Shown piece by piece: positions 1 through 12,301 of a stretch of 64,000 bases of DNA (positions within the stretch are counted from its first letter, which is position 1; every line of letters starts with the position of its first letter). The DNA is from an uncultured Verrucomicrobiae bacterium (GTDB taxonomy: Bacteria > Verrucomicrobiota > Verrucomicrobiia > Chthoniobacterales > Terrimicrobiaceae): the NCBI GenBank assembly GCA_963706955.1, contig CAVPOC010000008.1, positions 736,001 through 800,000 on the forward strand, in the 5' to 3' direction. The position numbers and the translations under genes were made by a program. The notes under the pieces are model-generated. The model was not told where the DNA came from, searched no databases, and worked only from the letters and a program-made list of their open reading frames with translations.

Positions 1-3000
1 GACCAATACGTGTTTCTTCGGACCAACACGCAGCAAGGTAAAGCGCAGAAGTGGCGCCTCTGAAGGCTCGAAGCGTTGCGCCAACTCGGCAGCGAGCAAT
101 TCCATCCTGCGCGTTTCTTGCCTCTCGCCATCCAGCGCCGAGAGGTCCTCCTCTTGCCACGGCACCTCGACATCACGAACGATCACCTGCACAGGGCGCT
201 GGAGCCCCTCATTACGAAAAGCCGACCGCAGATTCGCGTGCCGGAGGATTAGCGCGTTGAGAGCACGCTTTAGGCGCGCCACGTCCTGCAAACCCTCAAA
301 CTCCATGCAAATCTGCACGCTGTAGGGATCCACTACGCTCCGATCAAAGAGCGCGTGAAAGAGTAGACCCTCTTGCAGGGGTGACAGGGGGAGGATCTCT
401 TCCAGATCCGGATAGGCCACCTCCAATTGTTCCACTTGTTCGGCTGAGACGACTACCAGCGGGAAGTCTGAGGGAGTGTGTCCGCCTGCACCGGGCTGTT
501 GGATATGGCGAATCAAGGCCTCAAGCGCTCGCCGCCATCCCTCGGCCAGCGATCGAACCTCAGATTCGGCCAACAGCGCACTTGCCCACCTCCAGGTCGC
601 GGAAAGGCAAGGTCCATCCGCAGTGTCCAGCGCCAAAGCATTGATATTGATTAAATGACTCAGAGGCGTCGTCGGATCCGCTCCGCCATCGATGCCGCCT
701 CCCTGAGCTAATGACCACTCTTTGGACTCCTCGATGGTAAAGCGTCCCAGATAGTTGAAGCCGATCTGCGGTTCGCACCGTCCAGCTAGGCGCGTCCTTG
801 ACTCAGGATTCAGATAACGCAGCAGGCCGTAACCCAAGCCTTGGCCGGGCACCGCTCGCAACTGCTCTTTGATCCGCTTGATCGCGCGACCCATAGACGG
901 GCCGCCAGCCATTGCTTCATCGATATCCATTAGGCCAGGGTCCAAACCCACCGGAAACAGGCTGGTGAACCAGCCGACAGTGCGCGAGAGGTCGATGCCA
1001 CCGGCCATGGGTTCGCGCCCATGTCCTTCAACGTCGACAAGTATTGGCCCATCGTTTCCGTGTCCGCGTGCATTCCGCCACTCGGCTATGGCCACTGCGA
1101 GCGCTCCCAAGAGCACGTCGTTAACCTTTGCATGAAAAGCCGCTGCTACTTCGGTCAGAAGCGCGGAGGTTATATTCGCCGGCAGTTCAATCCGCAAGAG
1201 CCCGGCGCTTGAAAGCGTATCGCGAATGGGGTCGAGAACAACGCCCGAAACAAGCGCCTTGTCACCCTCGAGAATGGCTTCCCAAGTCCGAAGCTCCGCC
1301 AGCACCGCCGGAGTCCGAGCCACTTCGGCCAAATGCTGTGTCCATAGCCTAAAGGGTGTGCCCACCGGCTCAATCTGCGGAATCTCGCCGCGGACTAACG
1401 ATCTCCAAGCCGTCGCCAAATCCGAAACCAGAATTCGCCATGAGACCCCATCCACTGCTAGGTGATGGATAATCAAGGACAGCATCCCAGGCTCGGCACC
1501 GCGGAACCAAACGGCTTGGATCATCCGGCCAGCCTGTGGGTCAAGCCGGCTTTCGGCCTCCCGCACTGCCGTCTGAGTGCTCTCCTCTCTCGCTGGCTTC
1601 TCGAGCCCGGCAAGGTTTACCTGGCTAAGACAGGCCTCGGCTTGGACGGCACCTCGTGGGGCGATCTGGAGCTCCCAATCACCCTCGGTATTGCGCTCCA
1701 GTTGCAAGCGTAGCATGTCATGGCCATCAATGATCGTCTGGAGCAGCGTTGCCAGGTTCTGCTCAGTCAGCTCTGCTGGCACTTCTAACAGGACCGACTG
1801 GCAGAAGCGCTCGATGGGCCCTCCCCGCTCCTGCAACCAGCGCATGATCGGCGTCGCAACTATCTTGCCGATTGCGTCTGCCGCGTGGAACTGAGATCCA
1901 TCATTCAACTTCGGGATCCTTGCCGCAGCCGCTAAGGCCTCCACCGTTCGCAGCTCAAAAACCTCGCGGGGCGTGAGCTCAAGTCCCCGACGGCGAACCC
2001 TGCTTACGAGCGCGATCGAAAGGATACTGTCGCCTCCAAGTGCAAAGAAATTGTCATTGATGCCCACCCGCTCCAGCCCGAGCAGCTCGGCATAAATCCC
2101 GCACAAAATCTCCTCTCGCGAGGTCCGAGGCGCGCGGTAGCCTTCGGTCTGCCGTTGCCGGGAAGGAGCCGGCAGCGCTCGGCGATCGATCTTGCCATTG
2201 GGCGTTAAGGGCAGCTTGTCAAGAATGACAAAAGCTGAAGGCACCATGTAGTCGGGCAGCTTCTGCTTTACAAAGGCGCTCAGCTCTTCGGTGATCCTAC
2301 CCGTGTTCTGCCCATCGGCCAAAACCACGTATGATACCAGTTGCTTGTCCTTCTCGGCCCGGCCGCTCTCGCGCACGCACACCACGGCCTGCCGCACCCC
2401 GGGGTGGCCGGCAAGAACAGTCTCGATCTCGCCCGGCTCGATGCGGAAGCCCCGGATCTTCACCTGGTCGTCGCCCCGGCCAAGGAACTCGATGTTGCCA
2501 TCGGAAAGGAACCGGCCCAGGTCGCCCGTGCGGTAAAGCCTTTCGCCGGTGGCAAAGGGCGAGGGAATAAAACGCTCGGCCGTCAGCTCCAGCCGGTTGA
2601 GATACCCCTTGGCCACTCCCGCTCCGCCTATGCAAATCTCGCCAGCCACCCCGACGGGCACCGCATTAAGATGGCGATCCAAAATATACACCTGTGTATT
2701 GGCGATCGGTCGGCCAATGGGAATCCTGCCCTCCCAACTCCGCTGCCCGGACCACACCTCATACCAGGTAGCAAAGGTGGTCGTCTCGGTAGGCCCATAG
2801 ACATGCAGAAGTCGTTGCGGCGGGCCATCACCTTCCATGACCTTTTTCACTGCCCCCGCATCGCACTCCTCTCCTCCGAAGAGCACATTGCGTAGCTTGC
2901 TGAATATGTCCGCCCGCTCATGCACTAGCTCGTTGAAAAGCGCCGTGGTTACAAACAGCGTCGTCACCCCATGCCGGGAAAGCTCCCCGGAAAAGCTCTC

Positions 3001-6000
3001 CGCGGACAATACATCTTCCCGCTGGATGCCCACCAGTCGGCTCCCGTTCAACAGCGCTCCCCAGATCTCAAAGGTGGCCGCATCGAAACAGCAGTTCGCT
3101 ATCTGCGCCACCACGTCCCCGCTCCCAAGCCGCACGTAGTCGCTATTGATGACAAGCCGGTTGACTGCCCGGTGTGGCACCATTACCCCCTTGGGCATCC
3201 CTGTCGATCCAGAGGTGTACATCACATAGGCTACCTCCTCAGGCCCTGCCATATACGCGTCTTGCTTAGCTCTGCTGCCGCCAAGCCTCCTTATCGACTC
3301 CCAATCCCCATCCAGGCACACGCTTCGAACCGGCCTGCCGGAAAACCGCCAGGTCAGCCCTTGGCTGGTCAGCACAACCCCGGCCCCGCTGTCCTCCAGC
3401 ATCAAGGCGATCCTTTCTTCGGGATATCTTGGATCAATGGGCACATAGGCCCCACCCGCCTTCAGTATCCCCAAAAGCCCAACGACCATCTCTATCGATG
3501 GCTCCAGACAGACCGCTACTCGTTCTCCTGGCCCTACCCCCAAGCTGCTCAGAAAGCCGGCAAGCTGCCCGGAGCGGACCTTTAATTCCTCGTAGCTCAG
3601 CTCTTGCTCTCCGAAAACCACCGCCACCGCTTGCGGATGGCGCCTCGCCTGCTCTTCAAACACTTGGTGAATTGCGCGATTTTTCGGATAGTCTCGCCTC
3701 GTCGTATTCCATTCGATAACAATCCGCTCCCGCTCGACCTCCGGCAGCAGCGGCACAAGACTCACCGCCCGCTCAGGCTCTGCCAACATCCCCTCCAGCA
3801 GCGCCACATAGTGGCGCACCATCCCTGCGATGGTCGCCTCCTCGAAAAGATCCCGACTGTAAACCAATGAACCGCTCCAGCCGTCCCCCTGCGCGCCCAA
3901 GTGCAGCTCAAGGTCGAATCGGCTCGCTGCCGATGGCAATAGCTGCCGGGATACCTCCAAGCCAGGCAACTCGAGCGCCTCGCGAGGCGCATTCTGCAGG
4001 GCGAACATCACCTGAAAGAGAGGATGCCGGCTCATGTCCCTTTCCGGGTTGAGCTCCTCAACAAGCTTCTCAAAGGGTAAGTCCTGGTGCTGATAGGCAT
4101 CCAGTGCCGCCCGACGCACGCGACTCACGAGCGCCCGGAACGACGGCTCACTAGCCAGATCCGCCCGCATCACGAGGCTGTTGACAAAGAATCCGATCAA
4201 CCCCTCAAGCTCTACGCTCCCTCGGTTGGCCACCGGCGTCCCCACCATGAAATCCCCCTGCCCGCTATAGCGATGAAGCAAACCCTCAAACGCCGCCAAA
4301 AGGCTCATAAAGGGCGTCACCTCCTCACGACGGTTGAACTCGGCAAGCCGTCCGCGATAATTCCACTCCCAGCGTGAAGTCGCAGCGCCCTCCCGAATAG
4401 CTCGGCCTTGGCGGTCGCGGCCGATCCGCCGGCAATTCCAAGATCGCCGCACCAGCTAGCTGGCCTCTCCAATACTCCAGCAGGCCCTCCAGCACCTCGC
4501 CCTGCATCCAGTTCCGCTGCCAGAGCGCATAGTCGGCATACTGAACCGGAAGAGGCTCGAGCGGATTGTTGCCGGCTTTGCGGAAGGCTTTATACGCAAG
4601 CCACAGATCTCGATGGAACACCGCGATCGACCACCCATCCGAACTGACGTGGTGACAGCTCCAAACAAGAATGTGGTCGAACGCTCCCAACCTGAGAAGT
4701 CGCACGCGCAGCAGCGGACCTTGCCTGAGGTCAAAGGGCTCCTCAGCTTCACGCCGCAGTGCGGACTCGATGGCTTCCTGCCGGTCGCCGTCGCCCAAAG
4801 TGCTCAAGTCTTGCACGCGTAAAGGGATTAGTATTTTCGGCTCGATAACCTGAAAAGGTTCGCCCTCATGTTCGTCGAAGCGTGTGCGCAGAATCTCATG
4901 GCACCCGATCAAAGCGCTCATAGCATGCTCGAGGGCACTAACGTCCAGCTCACCTCGAAGCCGCAGCGCCGCTCGGCATGTTGTATTCGCAGCCAGAGTT
5001 CTCGAGCTGGTTAAGAAACCAAAGACGCTGCTGGGCGAATGACAGGGGCAGCCGTTCGGGGCGTTCTTGGCGCACCAGCGGCGGGCCCGCCTTTCGTGCC
5101 TCAGCCAAACGAGTGACCAATTGAGCCACTGTCGGCGCTTCAAAGATTGCCCGCACTGGAAACTCCAGTGCCAAAGCCCTTCGCACCCGGCTGACAACCT
5201 GCATGGCAAGCAACGAGTGTCCTCCAAGTGCAAAGAAATTGTCATTGATGCCCACCCGCTCCAGCCCGAGCAGCTCGGCATAAATCCCGCACAAAATCTC
5301 TTCTTGCGGGGTCCGAGGCGCGCGGTAGCCTTCGGCCTGCCGTTGCCGGGAAGGAGCCGGCAGCGCTCGGCGATCGATCTTGCCATTGGGCGTTAAGGGC
5401 AGCTTGTCAAGGATGACAAAAGCTGAAGGCACCATGTAGTCGGGCAGCTTCTCTTTTACAAAGGCGCTCAGCTCCTCGGTGATCCTGCCCGTGTTCTGCC
5501 CATCGGCCAAAACCACGTATGATACCAGTTGCTTGTCCTTCTCGGCCCGGCCGCTTTCGCGCACGCACACCAAGGCCTGCCGCACCCCGGGGTGGCCGGC
5601 AAGAAGAGCCTCGATCTCGCCAGGCTCGATGCGGAAGCCCCGGATCTTGACTTGTTGGTCGACCCGCCCAAGAAACTCGATGTTGCCATCGGGCAGAAAA
5701 CGCCCCGGTCTCCCGTGCGATAAAGCCTCCCGCCGTGCACAAAGGGCGAAGCAATAAAACGCTCGGCCGTCAGTTCCGTCGTGCAGATATCCGTGGGCCA
5801 CACCCTCGCCCCCAATCCAAATCTCGCCTGCCACCCCAATGGGAACCGCTTCCAGGTGCTCGTCCAAAATGTAAACCTGGGTGTTGCCAATAGGCCGCCC
5901 AACCGGAACCCTCCAGGGGTAGTTCTCCGGGGGGCCCTTAATCTCAAACCAGGTGGCAAAGGTGGTCGTCTCGGTCGGCCCATACATGTGTAAGAGTCGT

Positions 6001-8355
6001 TGCGGAGGAGCGCTACTGCAGCACGCGCCGCACCGCCCCCACATCGCACTCCTCCCCGCCAAAGAGCACCGTGCGTATCGACCCGAAAATCCCTGCCCGC
6101 TCATGCACCACCTCGTTGAAGAGCGCCGTGGTCACAAAGAGCGTCGTCACTCCCTGGCTCTCCAGCTGCGCGGCAAACCTCTGCGTCGACAAGATATCCT
6201 CCCGCCCAAAACCCACTAAGCGACACCCATTGAGCAACGCTCCCCATATCTCAAACACCGCCGCATCAAAACAGCAGTGGGAAATTTGCGCCACCACGTC
6301 CTCCGACCCGAGCTCCACATAGTCGCTCTTGACCACCAGATTGATCACCGCCCGGTGCGGCACGCACACCCCCTTCGGCTTGCCCGTCGAGCCGGAAGTA
6401 AAGATCACATAGGCCTCGTCCTCTCCGCTGAGCCCTTCTACCGGCGGCTTTCGCTCACTCCCGGCCATCGGAAAGCTCTGCCAGATCTCCTCTAACTTCA
6501 GTGTCCGGATCTCCGCGCTCACATCAACGGAACCTCCTGTTAGCAGCACCGCTGCTTCCGCCTCCCCGAGCATCAGCTTCACCCTCTCCTCCGGATACTC
6601 AGGATCGATCGGCACATAGGCCGCTCCCGCCTTCAAGATCCCCAGTAGTCCCACCACCATCGCCACCGAGCCCTCCAGACAAAGGCCTACCCTGCATCCT
6701 CGTGTCACTCCTACCTCGCGCAAACATTCCGCCACCGACTCCGAGCGCAAATCCAACTCCTCGTAGCTGAGCTCCCGCCCTCCAAAACTTACCGCCACTA
6801 CTTGGCCCCGCAGCCGCGCCTGCTCGCGGAAAACATCATGAATGCAGCCTTCACGCCGATACTCCCTTTGCGTCGTATTCCAATCCTCTAAAATCCGGTC
6901 CCGCTCAGCTTCAGCTAGCATTGGGAGACGGGATATCGGGCGCAGCGGATCTTCGGTGATCGCTTCGAGCAGGATCCTGTAACTCTCCAGCAAGCGTACC
7001 GGCGTCGAATGCTCGAAGAGATCGGTACTGTACTCGACGGTGGTTACTAACCCGCCTCCGGTCTCCACGATGACGAGACTCAAATCAAACTTTGAGGTTC
7101 CGTTGTCGATTCGCAACAATTCGACCTCGACGTCTGGGGCATGCACTGTGAGCGACGGCAGATTTTGAAAGCTAAAGCTGACATCAAAGAACGGATTGCG
7201 GTTTAGTTGCCGCTCCGGCCTAAGTTCCTCGACCAGTTTTTCGAAGGGAACCTCCTGCGAGTCATAGGCATTCAGCGTCACTTCGCGAATTTTGGCCAGA
7301 AGGTGCACAAACGAGGGGTCCCCCGAGAGATCGGTGCGCAGCGCCATTGTATTGGCGAAAAAACCGATCAGGCTCTCGAACTCACTGCGTTCGCGGTTGG
7401 CGATAGGCGATCCGACAATCACGTCAGTTTCACCGGAATAACGCGACAAGAGCACTTTGAATGCCCCCAATAAGACCATGAACAGCGTGGCCCCTTCCCG
7501 GCGAGCCAGCTGCTGCAAAGACTCCGTTAGTTCCGCCGGGAAACGGGAGAATACGCGTGCCCCCTGGAAAGTGGGATCGCCAGGACGCGGCTTATCCAGC
7601 GGGATTAGTTGCGCGCTGGCAACTCCCTCCAAACGCTCCCTCCAAATCTGAACCTGCCGTTGCAGCTTCGCGCCCGCAAGTTCCTGCCGTTGCCACACGG
7701 CGTAATCGGCATATTGAACGGGAAGCGGGGGCGAGGGAGAGGTGTCGCCGCGCGAGAAGCGTTCATAGCCGGAAAACAATTCACGAACGAGCACACCGAT
7801 GGACCACCCGTCGCAAATGATATGGTGCAGGACCATTACAAAGATGTGCTCGTGCTCGGAACAACGAAGAAGCTTGGCGCGCCACAACGGTCCGTGGACC
7901 AAATTGAGCGGGCGCCGTGCCTCATGGACGGCCTCTTCCCGCGCAGCTTCCATGCGCGCCGATGGCGGAATATTGTCGAAGCTTATCGTCGACAACTTCG
8001 TCGGTCGAAATGAAGTCTCATACTGCGCCGGATCACCATCGTGCATTTCGAACTTGGCACGGAGCAGATCATGACGCAGCAGGATCTGATTTAAGCTCCA
8101 TTCCAAGGCTTCCCTGTTTAGGGAGCCAACAAATCGAACCGCAATCGGCGAGTTGTAAGCCACGTTTTCCGGATAGAGTTGATCCAGAAACCAAACGCCC
8201 CGCTGCGTATAGGAAAGAGGCGCGGGAACATGTCGATCTCGCACAGGAACTCGCCCCCGCTCGAGAGCAGGACGTCCGGATGCTGAAAGGCGAGCAGCAA
8301 GCAACGCCCTTTTCTCGGGCGGAAGTGAAGCGATTCGAGCAGCGATTTCACTCAT
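1..8355 (-). CDS. Multimodular NRPS, C-A-T-C-A-T-E-C(partial), runs off the left edge; frameshifted near 6015, 5790/5705, 4965 and 4350
   Basis: ORFs 6013..8355, 4950..6104 and 4325..5386 give C (HHIICDGWS), A (FTSGSTGKPKG, YGPTE), T (LGGHSL) and C (HHVSSDGWS). Segments translated by hand below ~4350 give A (YTSGSTGMPKG), T (FFALGGDSI), E (HHLAVDGVSW, EGHGRE, RTVGWFT, FNYLGR), the linker TPSDFPL and a C start (LSPLQEGLLFH). No internal fragment is listed in the ORF track, consistent with an open frame to the edge. Confidence 0.93.
2033..2462. repeat. Copy 1 of a ~430 bp near-identical direct repeat (A-subdomain plus N-terminal half of T); partner at ~5221-5650
   Basis: Alignment by eye shows long identical runs, starting cctccaagtgcaaagaaattgtcattgatgcccacccgctccagcccgagcagctcggcataaatccc in both copies. 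Confidence 0.95.
5221..5650. repeat. Copy 2 of the ~430 bp NRPS A-sub/T repeat
   Basis: Matches 2033-2462 with scattered substitutions only. Confidence 0.95.
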
Positions 8356-8362
8356 GCGAGGA

Positions 8363-8658
8363 TCAAAAGCGAGCAGACGCGAGCGACTTTGGGCAAGCGG
8401 CGACCCTGATCAGATCGGCCAACTCCGCAAGATATTTTAGAAAGTCCAAGATCTCCGCCTTGCGTGCGGCCAACTCATCGCGAAGCTCAGCGTCAAAACG
8501 CCTGGCGGAGCGCTGACGCGAGCGTCCCCCCTCATCCGAGACTCGCAGATCAAGTTTCCGCAGGCGGCAAGAAATCTCCATACCGGCTGCGAGGCCTCTC
8601 TTTGCGCCTTTTCCATTATCCGTTCGGAGTCATGATTTGAAGAACCGGAGGTGATCAC
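8363..8658 (-). other. Small stand-alone TubC_N-like (beta-hairpin docking domain) ORF fused to a copy of the PKS C-terminal tail; internal frameshifts
   Basis: Stitched frames give MEKAQREASQPVWRFLAA..RKLDLRVSDEGG..RVSAPPGV..AELRDELAARKAEILDFLKYLAELADLIRVAACPKSLASARF. This resembles the N-terminus of the 24046 NRPS (LRYRAPKGSL..LAARKQEIIQLL). A GTG start overlaps the upstream TGA. Confidence 0.65.
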
Positions 8659-8851
8659 AAGACCAGCTCTTCGTGATCGATGGCCCGAGGAGCAAAAGGC
8701 GTCTTGGCGCCAGTGCACCGAGCGCTGTCGATATATTCAGCAAGTGCGGCTACGGTGGCATTCTCAAAGAAGACGCGCAGCGGAATATCCAGGCCGAAAC
8801 ACTTCGCAGGCGGGAAATAACTCGCATGGCCAATAAGGAGTGTCCGCCAAG
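8581..8851. repeat. ~270 bp repeat (T-domain C-half, HEELVL tail and start of the next ORF); partner at ~12030-12301
   Basis: Shared sequence includes gcctctctttgcgccttttccattatccgttcggag and atatattcagcaagtgc..ggtggcattctcaaagaagacgcgcagcggaatatcca. Confidence 0.93.
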
Positions 8852-11800
8852 CTGAAAAAAATTTTCATAGACTCCGATGCTTTCGCAATCGATGAGTGCG
8901 GACCAGGCTTGGGCGACCATTTTCTCGGTCTCGTTCCGTGGGGCGACAAGGCCAGGCCTTCGGTAGTCCAAAACCGGTGCAGGAAGAGCGTGCCGGTCGA
9001 TCTTGCCTGTCGGAGACAAAGGAAACTTTTCGAGGATGACAAACGCCGAGGGCACCATGTAGTCGGGAAGCTTCTCTTTGAGGAAAGCACTCAGCCTTTC
9101 ATTAAGTCCTGTAAAGCCGCCGCCATCGGCGGGAACAACATAAGCCACCAATCGACGCGTCTTCACGGCTCCCTCATCCTCTCGAACACAGACAACCGCC
9201 TGTCGGACTGCGGGGTGGGCGTTAAGCGCAGCCTCGACCTCCCCCAACTCGATGCGAAACCCTCGGATCTTCACTTGATGATCCATCCGGCCAAGAAATA
9301 CGATGTTCCCGTCCGGGAGAAATCGGCCCAAGTCCCCGGTGCGAAACAGTCTTTCACCTGGAACGAACGGCGAGTCGATGAAACGCTCTGCAGTCAATTC
9401 GGGGCGTCGCAGATAGCTGTGGGCCACCCCGTCTCCGCCAATCCAGATTTCTCCAGTCACTCCAATTGGCGCCGGCTCGCGATGAGAGTCCAAGATATAG
9501 ACTTGGGTGTTCGCGATCGGCCGACCAATCGGGATTCTGTCGGCACAGGTCCTATCGGCGGCAGTAAGGAGGTAGGTGGTCGCGAACGTGGTCGCCTCCG
9601 TAGGTCCGTAAACGTTCAGTAACCGCTGCGGCGGTCCGCTGATCAACACCTTCCTGACGGCTTCAGAATCGCATTCTTCCCCTCCAAAGAGCACGTTGCG
9701 CAAGTTGCGCAGGAGAGCCGGCCGCTCGTGTGCCAGGGCATTAAAGACCGCCGTGGTGAGAAGAAGAGTTGTAACGCCGTGCCGAGTCAACTCGGCAGAG
9801 AAGCGCTCGGGCGACAAAACGTCGTCCTGCGAAATCCCCACAAGTCTGCCGCCGTTCAACAGAGCGCCCCAGATTTCAAAAGTCGCCGCATCAAAGCAAC
9901 AATTCGAAACCTGCGCGATCACCTCCTGCGGGCCGAGTTGGACGTAGTCGCAGTTCACGACCAGTCGAGTCACGCCACGATGGGGAACACAGACCCCTTT
10001 GGGTGTGCCTGTCGATCCCGATGTAAAGAGCACGTAGGCGATCGCATCCGGACTGACCAGCTCCAAGGACTTTTCAGTCGGCGATGGGACACTTTCCCAA
10101 TCCGCATCCAGACAGATCGCCCGAAGACCTGTATTCCGAAACTGCGATTCGAGCGTTTTCTGAGTCAGAATAACCCGCGCCTCGACATCCGCGACGATAA
10201 AGGCCATCCGCTGGTGAGGATAGTTGGGATCGATGGGGACATACGCCGCCCCGGCCTTCAAAATTCCCAAAAGTCCGACGATCATTTCCGTGGACGGCTC
10301 GAGGCAGAACGCCACCTTCGAGCCAACGCGCACGCCAAGGCTCTTCAAATGGTGTGCAAGGCGGCTGGATTGATCGTCCAGCTCACCGTAAAGCACCTCC
10401 TGCTTTCCATACACCGCCGCCACGGCGTGCGGAGTGCACTTGGCTTGCTCCTGAAACAACTCGTGGATGCAGCGATCGCGGGGATAGTCCACTCTCGTTG
10501 CATTCCACTCTCTGGCAATCTGCGCCCGCTCCGTTTCCGTCAGGAGCTCATATTGCGAAATTTTTCGCCGCGGATTCTCTGCCACGCCCTCCAGCAAATT
10601 GACGTAGTGCCGAAGCAGGCGCTCCGCCGTGGACGCATCAAAGAGATCGGTGCTGTATTCGAAGGTTGTGGCGAATCCCCCTTGGCTCTCCATCATCACA
10701 ACGCTGAGATCAAATTTGGAAGTCCCGTTGTCGATGCGCAGCAATTCGAGGCCGACGTCGTGGATATTGACCGAGGGCATCGGAAAATTTTGCAGGCTAA
10801 AGCTGATATCGAAAAACGGATTGCGGTTAAGTTGTCGCTCCGGCTTAAGCTCCTCCACGAGTTTCTCGAAAGGAATTTCCCGGGAATCATACGCGCTCAA
10901 GGTGACTTCCTTGACCCTCGCGAGCAACTCGACGAATGTCGGGTCGCCGGAAAGGTCTGTCCGCAGCGCCAAAGTATTCGCGAAGAATCCGATCAGGCCC
11001 TCATACTCGCGGCGCTCTCGATTGGCGATCGGAGATCCCACCACTATGTCGCTTTGGCCGCTATATCGAGCCAGCAGCACTTTAAACGCCCCCAGAAACA
11101 CCATGAAGGGGGTCGCGCGCTCTGCATGAGCAAGGCGCCGGAGAGGTTCCACCAATTCGGGCCGCAGATGGGTTACGACCCTGGCCCCCCGAAAGCTCGA
11201 CTCCGCCGGGCGCGGTCTGTCCGAGGGGATTTGCACGGCCTCAGTGAAACCGGCAAGACGTTTGCGCCACGTTTCCACCTGGCGCCCAAAATTCGGGTTG
11301 GCAAGCTGCTGCGGCTGAGCGGCGGCAAAGTGCGCATACTGGATGGTCGGTCGAGGCAAAGGCGCACTGTGCCCACTTACGAATGCCTCATAACCCGTCA
11401 CCAGTTCGCGGATCAGAACGCCGATCGACCAACCGTCGCAAATGATGTGATGCAAAATCACCACAAAAATATGCTCTCGTTCGGAGCAGGTGAGGAGCTG
11501 CACCCGCCAGGGCGATCCGCTCGCCAGATCGATCGCTTGTTGCGCCTCGCGGACGGCTTGCCGGCACGCCGCTTCCATCCGCTCGGATTCTGGAAGATCA
11601 AAGAAATCCACCTTGCGCAGAGTGCCTGGGCGAAACGAGGTCGCGTATTGCACAGGCTCGCCGTTGCGCATCTCGAAAACAGTGCGCAGAAGATCGTGGC
11701 GCCGCACAACCTGGTTCCAACTCCATTCCAAGGCCTCTGCGTTGAATCGCCCGGAAAACCGGAGAGCCATCGGTGAGTTGTAGGCCACGTTGCCTGGATA

Positions 11801-11980
11801 GAGTTGATCCAAAAACCAGACGCCCCGTTGAGTATAGGCGAGGGGCGCCATCAGCCTCTCCGCCGCGGATTGGTCCCTTCCCAGAGGGCGATTCTCGCGC
11901 TCGACTCTGGCCAGTCGCGCGGCGAGCAGCGCCCGCTTCTCCGGCGGAAGAGAAGCGATCCTCCCAGCGAGGTCACTCAT
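8655..11980 (-). CDS. Single-module NRPS C-A-T (aliphatic residue, code read as DAFLLGVTFK); frameshift near 8795
   Basis: 1076-aa ORF with HHIICDGWS, FTSGSTGTPKG, YGPTE and LGGHSL. The C-terminus ...DHEELVL* was recovered by comparison with the 12104 paralog. Confidence 0.93.
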
Positions 11981-12029
11981 GGCGAGGAGACCACGCGCGG
12001 ACTATCCGACACGCTACGCGATTGATCCA

Positions 12030-12301
12030 TACCGGCTGTGAAGCCTCTCTTTGCGCCTTTTCCATTATCCGTTCGGAGCCATGATTCGAGGAACTAGAGG
12101 TGATCACAGGACCAGCTCTTCGTGATCGACGGCCAGAGGAGCCAAAGGTGTCTTGGCGCCACTGCACCGCGCGCCGTCGATATATTCAGCAAGTGCAGCT
12201 ACGGTGGCATTCTCAAAGAAGACGCGCAGCGGAATATCCAGACCGGAAGCACTTCGCAGCCGGGAAATAACGCGCATGGCCAACAATGAGTGCCCGCCAA
12301 G
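12030..12301. repeat. Second copy of the T-tail/intergenic repeat
   Basis: Matches 8581-8851 and diverges after ...REASQPVW. Confidence 0.93.

Noticed and set aside
1..4324. Apparent gene-free region in the ORF track
   Set aside because: It is NRPS coding sequence on the minus strand whose frame runs off the window, so it was not listed.
9728..11776. 682-aa plus-strand ORF and other long plus-strand ORFs over the NRPS/PKS genes
   Set aside because: Antisense shadows of GC-rich NRPS coding sequence with no recognisable motifs.
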